Source: Acidobacteriota bacterium (GTDB lineage: Bacteria; Acidobacteriota; Terriglobia; UBA7540). Taken from it: DNA of 64,000 nt. The notes under the pieces were generated by a model. The model saw only the letters and a list, made by a program, of their open reading frames with translations, was not told where the DNA came from and made no database searches. Location: assembly GCA_021838785.1 (NCBI GenBank), contig JAKCCV010000004.1, forward strand, positions 83,537-147,536, given 5' to 3'. The stretch's first letter is position 1. Each line of letters opens with the position of its first letter. The translations under genes and the position numbers were made by a program. Shown here piece after piece: positions 48,998 to 57,827 of the stretch.

Positions 48998-50700
48998 CAA
49001 ACCCCATGCCCGAAGGCGAGAATTTCCTCTTTGCCGAGCCGACACCGAACGCCGTCGGCCGCCGGGCTTTGGTCTCCCATGACGGCTGTGTGGTCCATCT
49101 CGAAGAGCGTTCGGCGCCGCGCTTGATGTGGTACGGCGAGGATTTGTGGAGTGTCCCATTTCCCCCCGGCACGCGGGTGATGTACCCGAACCCCACCATT
49201 CCGGGACTCCCTGACCGCGACGGCGCGATTCGCTACGCGCTGGCCCATCCGGAGGAGATGGAACCTCTGGAATCACTGTTGAAACCCGGCATGAAAGTAA
49301 CCATCGCGATGGACGATATCTCGCTGCCACTGCCCAAAATGCGGCGACCTGACCTGCGCCAATCCATCCTCACCATTTTGCTCGACATGTTGGCCGCCAG
49401 GGGCGTCGAAGATGTTCACCTGATCATCGCCACCTCGTTCCATCGGCGGATGTCAGCGGCGGAGATTCGTTACGTGGTTGGCTCCCGGATTTTTAACGCC
49501 TACTATCCCGAACGTCTCTACAATCATGATGGCGAAGCTCCGGGAGGCATGGTCGAGCTGGGTGTGACGGAGCACGGCGAACGCGTCCGCATCAATCGCC
49601 GCGCCGCCGAGTCGGACATCCTCATTTACGTCAACCTCAACCTGGTGCCGATGGATGGCGGGTCAAAATCGGTCGGTGTGGGCCTGTGCGACTATCCCAC
49701 GCTCCAAGCGCACCACACGCCCCAAACCATCCTCCACTGCGATTCCTACTTCGATCACCGCCGCTCTGAGATGAAACGGTCCTGCGACCGCATCGGAAAG
49801 ATCGTCAACCAGAACCTCAAAGTGTTTCAGATCGAGACGGTGATCAACAACTGCATGTTCGATCCCCGCATGGCGTTTTTCACCAAGAACGAAGACCGCT
49901 GGAATGTCGTTGATCGCGGCATGTTCCATGCGACGCGCCATACCCTGGCGCGGCTGTCGCGCTCGGCCAAACGGAAGCTGCTGTTCGCCGTGCCCGCCGC
50001 CTACCAAATGATTGCTATTCACGCCGGTCAGACGGAGGCTGTGCATGAAAAATCGCTTGCCTATTGCTACGCACAGTATTGCTGCCCTCTGAAGGGGCAG
50101 TCGGATGTGCTGGTGTACGGCATCCCGTTCATTTCGCCTTACAATGTCAATTCCATTCTCAATCCTCTGCTCGTGCAGGTGATGGCGCTAGGATATTTCC
50201 ACAACATGTACCGCGGCAGGCCGGTGGTCCGGAAGAACGGCGTTTTGATCATCACCCATCCCCTTTATGATGAATTCGATCCGCTGCACCATCCTTCGTA
50301 TATCGAATTCTTCCATCGGCTCCTGCCGGAGACGCGCGATTCCTTCGAGCTGCAGCGGAAGTACGAAGAACAATTCGCTCACGACCCGGACTACATCCGC
50401 ATGTACCGCACCGGCAACGCTTACCACGGCGTCCATCCGTTTTATATGTGGTACTGGGGCGAGAACGGCCGCGCCCACGTGGGCAAGGTCATCTGCGTGG
50501 GCGCGGAATCCAAGCGCGCCGCAGAATTGATGGGATGGGAGACAGCGCCCAACATGAATGAGGCGCTAGCCATGGCGGAATCCCACGTGGGCCACAAACC
50601 CAGCATCACCCTGATGCACTTCGCCCCGATTATGATGGCGGATGTTGAAGGGTCGCCAGAAGGCGCGGAAGCCCGGTTACCTCAACCAACGGGAAGATGA
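48994..50700 (+). CDS. LarA-like (lactate racemase N-terminal domain, DUF2088) protein
   Basis: KVTIAMDDISLPLP, HLIIATSFHR and LIYVNLNLVPMDGGSKS resemble the LarA N-terminal domain pattern. The ATG at 48994 overlaps the HAD stop (ATGA). The family call is from memory only. Confidence 0.6.
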   Translation: MTNPMPEGENFLFAEPTPNAVGRRALVSHDGCVVHLEERSAPRLMWYGEDLWSVPFPPGTRVMYPNPTIPGLPDRDGAIRYALAHPEEMEPLESLLKPGMKVTIAMDDISLPLPKMRRPDLRQSILTILLDMLAARGVEDVHLIIATSFHRRMSAAEIRYVVGSRIFNAYYPERLYNHDGEAPGGMVELGVTEHGERVRINRRAAESDILIYVNLNLVPMDGGSKSVGVGLCDYPTLQAHHTPQTILHCDSYFDHRRSEMKRSCDRIGKIVNQNLKVFQIETVINNCMFDPRMAFFTKNEDRWNVVDRGMFHATRHTLARLSRSAKRKLLFAVPAAYQMIAIHAGQTEAVHEKSLAYCYAQYCCPLKGQSDVLVYGIPFISPYNVNSILNPLLVQVMALGYFHNMYRGRPVVRKNGVLIITHPLYDEFDPLHHPSYIEFFHRLLPETRDSFELQRKYEEQFAHDPDYIRMYRTGNAYHGVHPFYMWYWGENGRAHVGKVICVGAESKRAAELMGWETAPNMNEALAMAESHVGHKPSITLMHFAPIMMADVEGSPEGAEARLPQPTGR

Positions 50701-50951
50701 GCAACCCGCAAGCTCTGGTCTGGCTGTGAGGCAGTAATGAATAACTCACATGAAATGTGAAGGAGAAGGTAGATTCCTTATGCAGGGCAATTCGGTGTAT
50801 GCGACTGCGGTCGAAAAGCTCCGTAAGGCTCATGAAGAGTGGAAAAAGGATCCTGAGACTATTTCCCAGCTCCTTGACGCCAAGGAAAGATGAAGTGCTC
50901 CCCAAAATTTGGACAGGCGTCTAAGGTGTAAAATCGCTGCCTCCGAGAGGA

Positions 50952-51133
50952 GGCAAAAAGAAGCGAGCATACATTCAGTACAGCCCCGAGGGGAAAGCCA
51001 AGATTGACCTGGAGGCAATTAAAGGTCAGCAGACGATTCAGCAGATTGCCTCGCATTACGAATTCATCCGAACCTGGTGACCCACTGGAAGAAGCAGTTG
51101 CTGGAGGGGGCGGCGGAGATTTTCGCCAACGGC
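50952..51133 (+). pseudogene. IS3-family transposase orfA fragment (frameshifted and truncated)
   Basis: GKKKRAYIQYSPEGKAKIDLEAIKGQQTIQQIASHYE, then after a 1-nt frameshift IHPNLVTHWKKQLLEGAAEIFANG. This matches the conserved IS3 OrfA HTH region (...EYGVHPNQVSxWKKQLLEGAAExF). It breaks off at about 51133. Confidence 0.65.
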
Positions 51134-51134
51134 C

Positions 51135-51449
51135 CGGCAGCAGCGTCGTGCGCCGCAACTTGTCGTGATCGTTCAAATCTTCATAGCCCAACGCTAGCGC
51201 ATAGACACGCTGCGCGACTAACTCCCACACCGTGTGCCCGATCTGCTCCGCCGCGCGATGGTCTCGAAAGCAGTCCGCGAAACGCGCCATGATCCTCGTC
51301 TGCTGCTCTACCTCGCGCCGCAGCAGCCCGGCCGCGTCCGTCGTGATCTCCCCGCCGTCAAACCGGCCTCGCACCTCGCCTTGAAAGTGGGGATGAAATT
51401 GGAAGGATGCTTGGTTACACTGCCTCGCCGATCGCCCAGAACCGGCCAT
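51135..51449 (-). mobile_element. IS1380-family transposase N-terminal fragment (about 100 codons). The IS 5' end probably extends toward ~51740.
   Basis: RFDGGEITTDAAGLLRREVEQQTRIMARFADCFRDHRAAEQIGHTVWELVAQRVYALALGYEDLNDHDKLRR matches the conserved IS1380 N-terminus. No DDE domain follows. It abuts the IS3 fragment. Confidence 0.6.
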
Positions 51450-51746
51450 GGATGGTCGCCTGAAAACCGGCGAACGAAGATCATCTCTGGGACATTCACA
51501 CCGGCGAGAGGGTCATTACTCTCAATCGGCAGGGCCGATGTCTTGAGTGAAGATAAAGAACAGCAAGTTATCGCTTTGGGAATGCCTCGGCTTGTGGAAT
51601 CGAGTTTAATTTTCAATTTTCCATTGGCTCGAGCTTCAATCTGGACCGTCCGCTGTGTTTTCCGGTGATCGCAACAGAGCCGTCGGCTGACATGAAAAGA
51701 GCAGAGGATGAAGAACGGATGCCGACCGCGCAAGGTTGGATCGGAA

Positions 51747-52763
51747 TTAGTTTGAGGCCGGCGGATAATAGCCGCGTCGCGCTTGAACCTTGTAACCCCG
51801 CTCGCGAACCCGGACGGTAATTTTGCGGAAGCCGCCGTCCGGCCGGGTGTCGGTAGGAGTATAGCCGAGCAGATATTGGGTGCGGAGTTCGTTGGCAATT
51901 TCCTCAAAGGCAGCGTGAGTATTCCGGATTTTATTGACGCGAATCATCCGCCCGCCGGTTTCCGACGACAATCGCTTCAGAACGGAAAGGCCGCTGAAGC
52001 CCATTCCCATCGAGCCATAAAAAGCGCGGTCCACAATCGCAATCGAGTAAATGATCACGTTGGCTTTTTGCGCGGCCTCGATCGCCGCCCGGAGCGTCTC
52101 ATGGCTGCCGGCGTCTTCGCCGTCGGTCAGCAGAATCATGACCCTGCGACCGACTTGACGGGCGAGCAATCTCCGCGAAGCAAGGTAGATGGCATCATAA
52201 AGCCGCGTGCAACACGGCGCCGAGGTCGAAGGAAAGGTTCCGGGCAAAGGACCGCCGCCGCTTCCGCCTCCATTGATCACCGTAGAGTTAATGGCGCGCG
52301 TCAGCAGGGAAGTTTCCGCCGTGAAGTCTTGCAATAGTTCGACCACGAGATCGAAATGCACCACGCATGCCAGATCCTTGGGCCCGAGGACTTGGCGAAC
52401 GAAGGCATCCGCCTCCCGCTGCTCAACGCCCAGCACCCGCTCCTGACTGGGGCTGGTGTCCACCATGATGCAGAGCGTGAGCGGGATATTGGTCTCTTTG
52501 GAGAAGTAAGTAATCTTCTGGGGCTTTCCATCTTCAAATATTTCAAAGTCGTTTTTGGAAAGATTGGGAATGAGCTCGCCGTGTTGGTTGCGCACCACCG
52601 CGTACACATTGACCACTTCGGTGGTGACCTTGATGGTGGGCGTCGTCGTGGTCGGCTGCTGCGCGCGCGCCGAAGGCAGCACGGCGAGAACGCTCAGGCA
52701 GACGATGAGTCGCGGAATGCAATCTTCTAGGATCCGCTTCTCACCCAGATGATGGCGCCTCAT
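51747..52763 (-). CDS. VWFA-related (Acidobacterial-type) von Willebrand factor A domain protein
   Basis: Signal peptide, beta-sandwich region (VVNVYAVVRNQHGELIPNLSKNDFEIFEDGKPQKITYF), then a VWA region (LCIMVDTSPSQ MIDAS-like, ILLTDGEDAGS). ATG at 52763. Confidence 0.85.
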   Translation of the reverse strand: MRRHHLGEKRILEDCIPRLIVCLSVLAVLPSARAQQPTTTTPTIKVTTEVVNVYAVVRNQHGELIPNLSKNDFEIFEDGKPQKITYFSKETNIPLTLCIMVDTSPSQERVLGVEQREADAFVRQVLGPKDLACVVHFDLVVELLQDFTAETSLLTRAINSTVINGGGSGGGPLPGTFPSTSAPCCTRLYDAIYLASRRLLARQVGRRVMILLTDGEDAGSHETLRAAIEAAQKANVIIYSIAIVDRAFYGSMGMGFSGLSVLKRLSSETGGRMIRVNKIRNTHAAFEEIANELRTQYLLGYTPTDTRPDGGFRKITVRVRERGYKVQARRGYYPPASN

Positions 52764-52912
52764 GGAAGGTTCCTCTCTTTGTCTCAAACTTAGATGCAAA
52801 ATCCGACGCGGAGCGCCGCCTCTTCATCCTCATGGGGTCGCCTGCGCTTGCCCGACCAGGCGCGCAAGTCATCCCTATCGTCGGATTTTGATTTTTCAAA
52901 CTCACTTTCCTC

Positions 52913-52941
52913 TTGACAAGAACAGCGCGTCTCACTATACA
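52913..52941 (+). promoter_or_regulatory. sigma-70-like promoter of a micro-transcription unit
   Basis: TTGACA (52913-52918), 17-nt spacer, TATACA (52936-52941). Confidence 0.45.
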
Positions 52942-53005
52942 TGATGCTGTAAACGCGCTCCGCCAGCTTAGCTGGCGAGAACTCAAGAACTGAGAGGAGA
53001 ATAGA

Positions 53006-53044
53006 ATGGCAGCGAAGAAGAAAGCCAAGAAAAAGAAGAGGTAA
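53006..53044 (+). CDS. 12-codon poly-lysine micro-ORF (MAAKKKAKKKKR)
   Basis: GAGGAGA 5 nt upstream of the ATG. The stop lies 26 nt before a strong intrinsic terminator. Too short for the ORF track. Coding status is unproven. Confidence 0.35.
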   Translation: MAAKKKAKKKKR

Positions 53045-53070
53045 GTTCCTCAAGCAAGTTCGGTACGGCA

Positions 53071-53106
53071 CTTCGGGGATGCAGCAATGCATCCCCGAAG
53101 TTTTTT
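53071..53106 (+). terminator. intrinsic terminator
   Basis: Perfect stem cttcggggatgca/tgcatccccgaag with a GCAA tetraloop, followed by TTTTTT (53101-53106). Confidence 0.75.
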
Positions 53107-53154
53107 GGAGACGAAAGGAAATCCCAATTCAACTTTCTAAACTTCGTCACCCTA

Positions 53155-54501
53155 TCACTCCTCTTGCTCGCGGGAGGGGGGTAAAGCGCGGGTCGTCCTT
53201 TCGACTTGGCCCAGCGGCGGAATGTCATCCGCCGTCGTCGCCTTCAATTCCCGGAATCTCCGAACGCTCGGCAGCACCTGGTGCTCGAGCGATCCCACGA
53301 CGCGATTCCATGCATCCACCGCTTTGTCGATCGCGGAGCGCAGCGTGTCCAGGTGTTCCCAAAGGGTGTAGACCCTTTTGTATAGCTGCTTGCCGAGATC
53401 GCTGATTGCTTCGGCATTCTTCGCAATTTCTTCCTGCCGCCATCCGTGATACACAGCCAGCAATAGGGCAATCAACGTATTGGGCGTCGCAATCACCACG
53501 CGCCGCGCCATCCCGTCCTCGATCAGCGTGGGATCGCGTTCCACCGCCGCGCCCAGAAAGGGGTCGCCCGGCAGAAAGAGCACGGCAAACTCCGGGGCCT
53601 TGGGCAGGCGGTCCCAGTAAGCCTTTGAACCCAGTTGTTCCATGTGGCGGCGGACCTGCGCCGCATGGCGCGCGAGGTGTTGCTGCTTCATTTCATCGGA
53701 CGAAGATTCGATCGAATCCAGGTAAGCATCGAGCGCGACTTTGGAATCCACGATAATCTCGCGGTCTCCGGGCAGGTGAACGATCATGTCCGGGCGGATG
53801 GTGCCCTCGTCCGGTGAGGAAACGGTATGCTGCTCGAGGAAATCACAGCGATCGACCATTCCCGAAAGCTCCGCCAATCGGCGAAGCGTCACCTCACCCC
53901 AGCGGCCGCGAACTTGGGGTTTTCGGAGCGCCGTGACCAGATTGGCGGTTTCGCGCTGGAGCTGGGTTTGGGCTTCGCCGAGCTGAGACAGGTGCTGCTT
54001 CAACGACCCGTAAGCTTCCTTCCGGCTCGTCTCGATTTCCTTGATTTCGTTTTCATACCTTTGCAGCGCCTCTTTGAGCGGTTGCAAGAGGCCATCCATC
54101 GCTTCCTGCCGCTTGCCCAAGTCTCCCTCCGCCTCAGCCCGTAGCTTGCCGAAGGTTTCGCTGGCGAGTTGAAGGAAAGATTCGCTTTGGGAGCCGAGCA
54201 CTTCGCTCGAAAGAGATTTGAACGTGTCACCCAGTTTTTGCCGCGCCTCATCGAGCAATTGTCGTTGCTCCTCCAAATTTTTGCGCGTGGCGTCCAGTGA
54301 CGCTTCCGCGGCCGACCTGGCCTTGAGTTCCGTTTCGAGCCTCGCCCGCAGACCTTCGGTTTCCTGGTGGTCCTTTTCGTTTTGCTCCCGCAACCCTTTC
54401 GCCGTTGCCTCCGCCGCCGCGGCACGACTCCTGGTGAGCAGCCAGCCGGCGATGCCGCCGAGGAATAAGCCGGTGAGGAGCAGCAGCCAGTCGCTAATCA
54501 T
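53155..54501 (-). CDS. rmuC: DNA recombination protein RmuC
   Basis: N-terminal TM helix, long coiled coil, then the conserved C-terminal nuclease-like domain (RGRWGEVTLRRLAELSGM, DMIVHLPGDREIIVDSKV, FAVLFLPGD). Confidence 0.9.
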   Translation of the reverse strand: MISDWLLLLTGLFLGGIAGWLLTRSRAAAAEATAKGLREQNEKDHQETEGLRARLETELKARSAAEASLDATRKNLEEQRQLLDEARQKLGDTFKSLSSEVLGSQSESFLQLASETFGKLRAEAEGDLGKRQEAMDGLLQPLKEALQRYENEIKEIETSRKEAYGSLKQHLSQLGEAQTQLQRETANLVTALRKPQVRGRWGEVTLRRLAELSGMVDRCDFLEQHTVSSPDEGTIRPDMIVHLPGDREIIVDSKVALDAYLDSIESSSDEMKQQHLARHAAQVRRHMEQLGSKAYWDRLPKAPEFAVLFLPGDPFLGAAVERDPTLIEDGMARRVVIATPNTLIALLLAVYHGWRQEEIAKNAEAISDLGKQLYKRVYTLWEHLDTLRSAIDKAVDAWNRVVGSLEHQVLPSVRRFRELKATTADDIPPLGQVERTTRALPPSREQEE

Positions 54502-54611
54502 AATGATTCACCTCCACTCAGCAGCGCCGCGCAAGCCGCCCGGGGCGACACGCCCTCAGACCTCTCATTCAAATTCCACGAAGCAGGACTCACAATCCCG
54601 GCGTTTGCCAT

Positions 54612-57545
54612 TCAGAGATCTTTCTCGTGTGCGGGGCAAATCGGGACGTAGTCGCAGTGCCGACACACGTAGCCGGGGGTGGCCGGGAAGTTCATGGCTC
54701 GGATGTTCGCCGCCACCTCGAGAACCTTCGCCCGGGCTGTTTCCAGGTCTTGGCCGGTTCGGACGCTCGAGACTGCTTGGTTGTCCGCAAGGCAGTAAAA
54801 GGTGACACGCCCCACGCGCAGATTCAACTGCTCACGCGCGGCCCATGCGTAGATGGAAAGCTGTAAGCTCTGGTCAGCATCTTTCTGCGCTCGCGGCCGT
54901 CCTGTTTTGTAATCTACCAGTTCCACTTCGTTCGACCCGCCTGGCTCCATCGGATTGATCTGGTCAATGCGACCTTCCAGCCATACGTCCGTCACCTGGA
55001 ACTTAAACGCTTGTTCCAGGCGCACCTTGTCGGCCTCGATGGTCGTTACGTTCTGGCGTTCCACGAAGGCTTGTAGTTGCTTGCGCCCGCTTCGTTGGTA
55101 CGCAGCTTCTTGATAATCATCCTCGAAGCCGGCGCTTTTCCACGAGCGCAAGAAAAACTCCTCCATCTCCGCGACGCTCGGCAGCTTGTTTCGGCGAAGC
55201 TCAAAATAATGGCGAATGGTTTGGTGCATCACGTTGCCGAAGGTGAGGGCGGCTTGCGGGCCGGTCGGAATTTTCAGGCAGTGGCTGAACTTAAATTTGA
55301 GCGGACAATCAAGATAGGTTTCAATGGCGGTGGCGCTCAATTCGAGCCGGCCGTCCTTCCAGGGAAGCGAATCCTGCGCGGCCCAGGCGCGAAGCGGCGG
55401 GTGAAAGCAGTCCGGGGCAGGAAGCTCAAACAGGCGGCTCTGCCCATCCCTTTCTTGCCGAGTCGGAGAAGCCGCCGACCCCAGGCCCGTTGTTGGTGCT
55501 TCCTTCACCACCGGCAACTCGATGACCTCCAGGTCGCGGGCACGAACCACCGGTTCGGAGAGTATCTCCTCGACAAACCGTGAAGGTTTTTTGCCGGCAG
55601 GCACAACGCTGGAGATAAAGAGTTGTTCTTGAGCGCGGGTGATGGCCACAAAAAATAGCCGACGCTCTTCCTGCAGGTGGATATTGGAGAGCGGAGCGGG
55701 CCCTTTGCGCAGGTCGGCAGGAAATTCAATTACCGGCCTTCGCTCACTCTGCGGAAACCGGCGGGGTGCCAAACCCATCACCACGACGACAGGGAATTCC
55801 AGCCCCTTGGCTGCATGAACGGTCATCAATTGGATGGCGTTCGAAGGGAAAGCCTCTTCCGGCGATTCGATTTTCCCGCCCGCCTCCTGGAAATAGTCGA
55901 AGTATTCAATAAACTCGGACAACGTGCGAGTCTCACTTTTTTCTTCCCACTCGTGCAGAAATTTTTTGAAGGCTCGCACATAGAGTTCGTCGCTCTCGTC
56001 GGGTTGGAATCGCGCTTCCAGCCGCTCGAGAAGTCTGTTCAACGTGGCAGTGACCGGAATGACGTCGGCGGTTTTTCGCAGATCATTGATCAGAGCGCGT
56101 AACGTTGGCCAGCCGGTGGCCTCCAGTTCCGGTTGCAGCCGTGTCCGGCTTATTCCCTCCAACGCCTCCGCCAGCGAGCAACGGTCCTTGGCTGCGCGGC
56201 GCCGCGCTTCCATGGCCAGCGACTCGGGAATTTTCCAACGCGAAGCCAATAGCACGCGCGTCAGGCTGATATTGTCGTGCCAAGAATGAAGCAGGCGCAG
56301 GTAAGCGACGAGGTCGCGCAGAATAACCGTTGAGAGCAGAGAAAGGCCCCGAATAGCAAAGGGAAGGCGGCGGCGGCTCAACTCCTCCACCAACTGGTCG
56401 CGGTGCGTATGGGCACGGTAGAGAACCGCCACGTCGCGGTAAGCGCGCCCCTTCCGTATCAGGTCTTCAATCAAATCGGCGATACCCGCCGCTTCACTTC
56501 TTGTGTCGGGAGAGAGGAGCATGACCACGCGCGGCCCATCCTTCTTTGAGGTGACGAGCGCGGGTTGATCCCCCTCACGGTCGTTTTTGGAAATCACCAG
56601 CTCGGCCAGGCGAAGGATAGGCGGCGTGGAACGGTAGTTTTGGCTCAGATGTATCGTTCTCGTGCCCGGAAAGGTTTCCCTAAACATCGTAAAGGCTCCA
56701 TGGGCCGCGCCGCGGAATCGGTAGATGGCCTGGTCGCTGTCTCCGACGGCAGTGAGGTTGTACGGCGGGCCAACAAGCCGTGACAAAAGCTGAACTTGAC
56801 CGTAGTTGGTGTCCTGAAATTCATCCACGAGAACGAATCGAAACCGGCGACGGTATGACTCGCGGAGTTGCGGTTCGCGGTCGAACAAGCGGACGGTTTC
56901 GCTAATCAAGCTGCCGAAGCTGGAGCACCCTGCCTCCTCCATCAAGCGCCGGCTGCACGTAAACACGCGAGCCAGCTCCTTGAGCTTCTGAACGGCCTCA
57001 GCTTCTTTCACTCGGATAGCGGGGTCGAGCGTGGGCGCGAGCCGTTCAAAGGCCTTCTCAGCCTGTGCGACATATGCCGCAAAATCTTCCGGCTCAACCA
57101 ACTCATCCTGACAGCGGGCGAAAAAATCATTGAGGTCGTGAAGAAATGCACCGGGCGAAGCGAGTTTCTGATAGTGCTCCAACCCGAGCTGTTCGATGCG
57201 GCGCCGCAAAAAAATCCAAATATCCGTCTGGTCCAGCAATCGCCGCTCAAAGTGACGCTGCTTGAGAACTCCGAGACAGAACGAATGAAACGTTGAAACC
57301 CTCGGCGCCGGTGCCCCCGAAACCAAAGCTCGTCGGACCCGTTCTCCCATTTCGGCGGCAGCCTTCTCCGTATAGGTCAACGCCAGGATATTTTCCGCAG
57401 CTAAGCCGGGCGAATTCTCGAGTAGATGGAGCATCCGCTCGACAATCACCCGAGTCTTCCCGCTCCCTGGGCCGGCAATGATAAGCAGCGGCCCGTCGCC
57501 ATGCTCAACGGCTTGCCGTTGCTGAGGATTAAGTTCCATGACCAT
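54612..57545 (-). CDS. UvrD/PcrA-type superfamily 1 helicase fused to a C-terminal PD-(D/E)XK (Cas4/AddB-like, Cys-cluster) nuclease
   Basis: LLIIAGPGSGKT (Walker A), VLVDEFQDTN, TVHAAKGLEFPVV, VAITRAQ. C-terminal nuclease region with GRIDQI, ELVDYKTG and CRHCDYVPICP. Confidence 0.9.
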   Translation of the reverse strand: MVMELNPQQRQAVEHGDGPLLIIAGPGSGKTRVIVERMLHLLENSPGLAAENILALTYTEKAAAEMGERVRRALVSGAPAPRVSTFHSFCLGVLKQRHFERRLLDQTDIWIFLRRRIEQLGLEHYQKLASPGAFLHDLNDFFARCQDELVEPEDFAAYVAQAEKAFERLAPTLDPAIRVKEAEAVQKLKELARVFTCSRRLMEEAGCSSFGSLISETVRLFDREPQLRESYRRRFRFVLVDEFQDTNYGQVQLLSRLVGPPYNLTAVGDSDQAIYRFRGAAHGAFTMFRETFPGTRTIHLSQNYRSTPPILRLAELVISKNDREGDQPALVTSKKDGPRVVMLLSPDTRSEAAGIADLIEDLIRKGRAYRDVAVLYRAHTHRDQLVEELSRRRLPFAIRGLSLLSTVILRDLVAYLRLLHSWHDNISLTRVLLASRWKIPESLAMEARRRAAKDRCSLAEALEGISRTRLQPELEATGWPTLRALINDLRKTADVIPVTATLNRLLERLEARFQPDESDELYVRAFKKFLHEWEEKSETRTLSEFIEYFDYFQEAGGKIESPEEAFPSNAIQLMTVHAAKGLEFPVVVVMGLAPRRFPQSERRPVIEFPADLRKGPAPLSNIHLQEERRLFFVAITRAQEQLFISSVVPAGKKPSRFVEEILSEPVVRARDLEVIELPVVKEAPTTGLGSAASPTRQERDGQSRLFELPAPDCFHPPLRAWAAQDSLPWKDGRLELSATAIETYLDCPLKFKFSHCLKIPTGPQAALTFGNVMHQTIRHYFELRRNKLPSVAEMEEFFLRSWKSAGFEDDYQEAAYQRSGRKQLQAFVERQNVTTIEADKVRLEQAFKFQVTDVWLEGRIDQINPMEPGGSNEVELVDYKTGRPRAQKDADQSLQLSIYAWAAREQLNLRVGRVTFYCLADNQAVSSVRTGQDLETARAKVLEVAANIRAMNFPATPGYVCRHCDYVPICPAHEKDL

Positions 57546-57827
57546 GACAAGGGTTTGATTATTGAGCTTCCGCCATCGTAGTGCAAGCTGCCCTCCCCGG
57601 CACGGCTGCCTCGGCTGGATTCACGCTCGGCGCGACGGGCAAACGGCACGGATGACCCATCCGCACCGTCTGCCTTCTTGCACCACTAACTTGACGTTAC
57701 CGAACCAATGCTCAAGTTGACATTGCTGGACGGCTGAGCTTACTCTTAAGTTTCGCTTCGGGTTCACCGCTGTTCCCCAGGGGTGAAGGCACTCCTTGCA
57801 AATCCCATACAAGTGCGGTGCAACGCG

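Noticed and set aside
50780-50893. 37-codon ORF MQGNSVYATAVEKLRKAHEEWKKDPETISQLLDAKER with an upstream AAGGAG.
   Set aside because: The RBS spacing is too long (about 14 nt). It lies in the low-GC IS-scar region and may be a fragment of a lost gene. There is no family signal.
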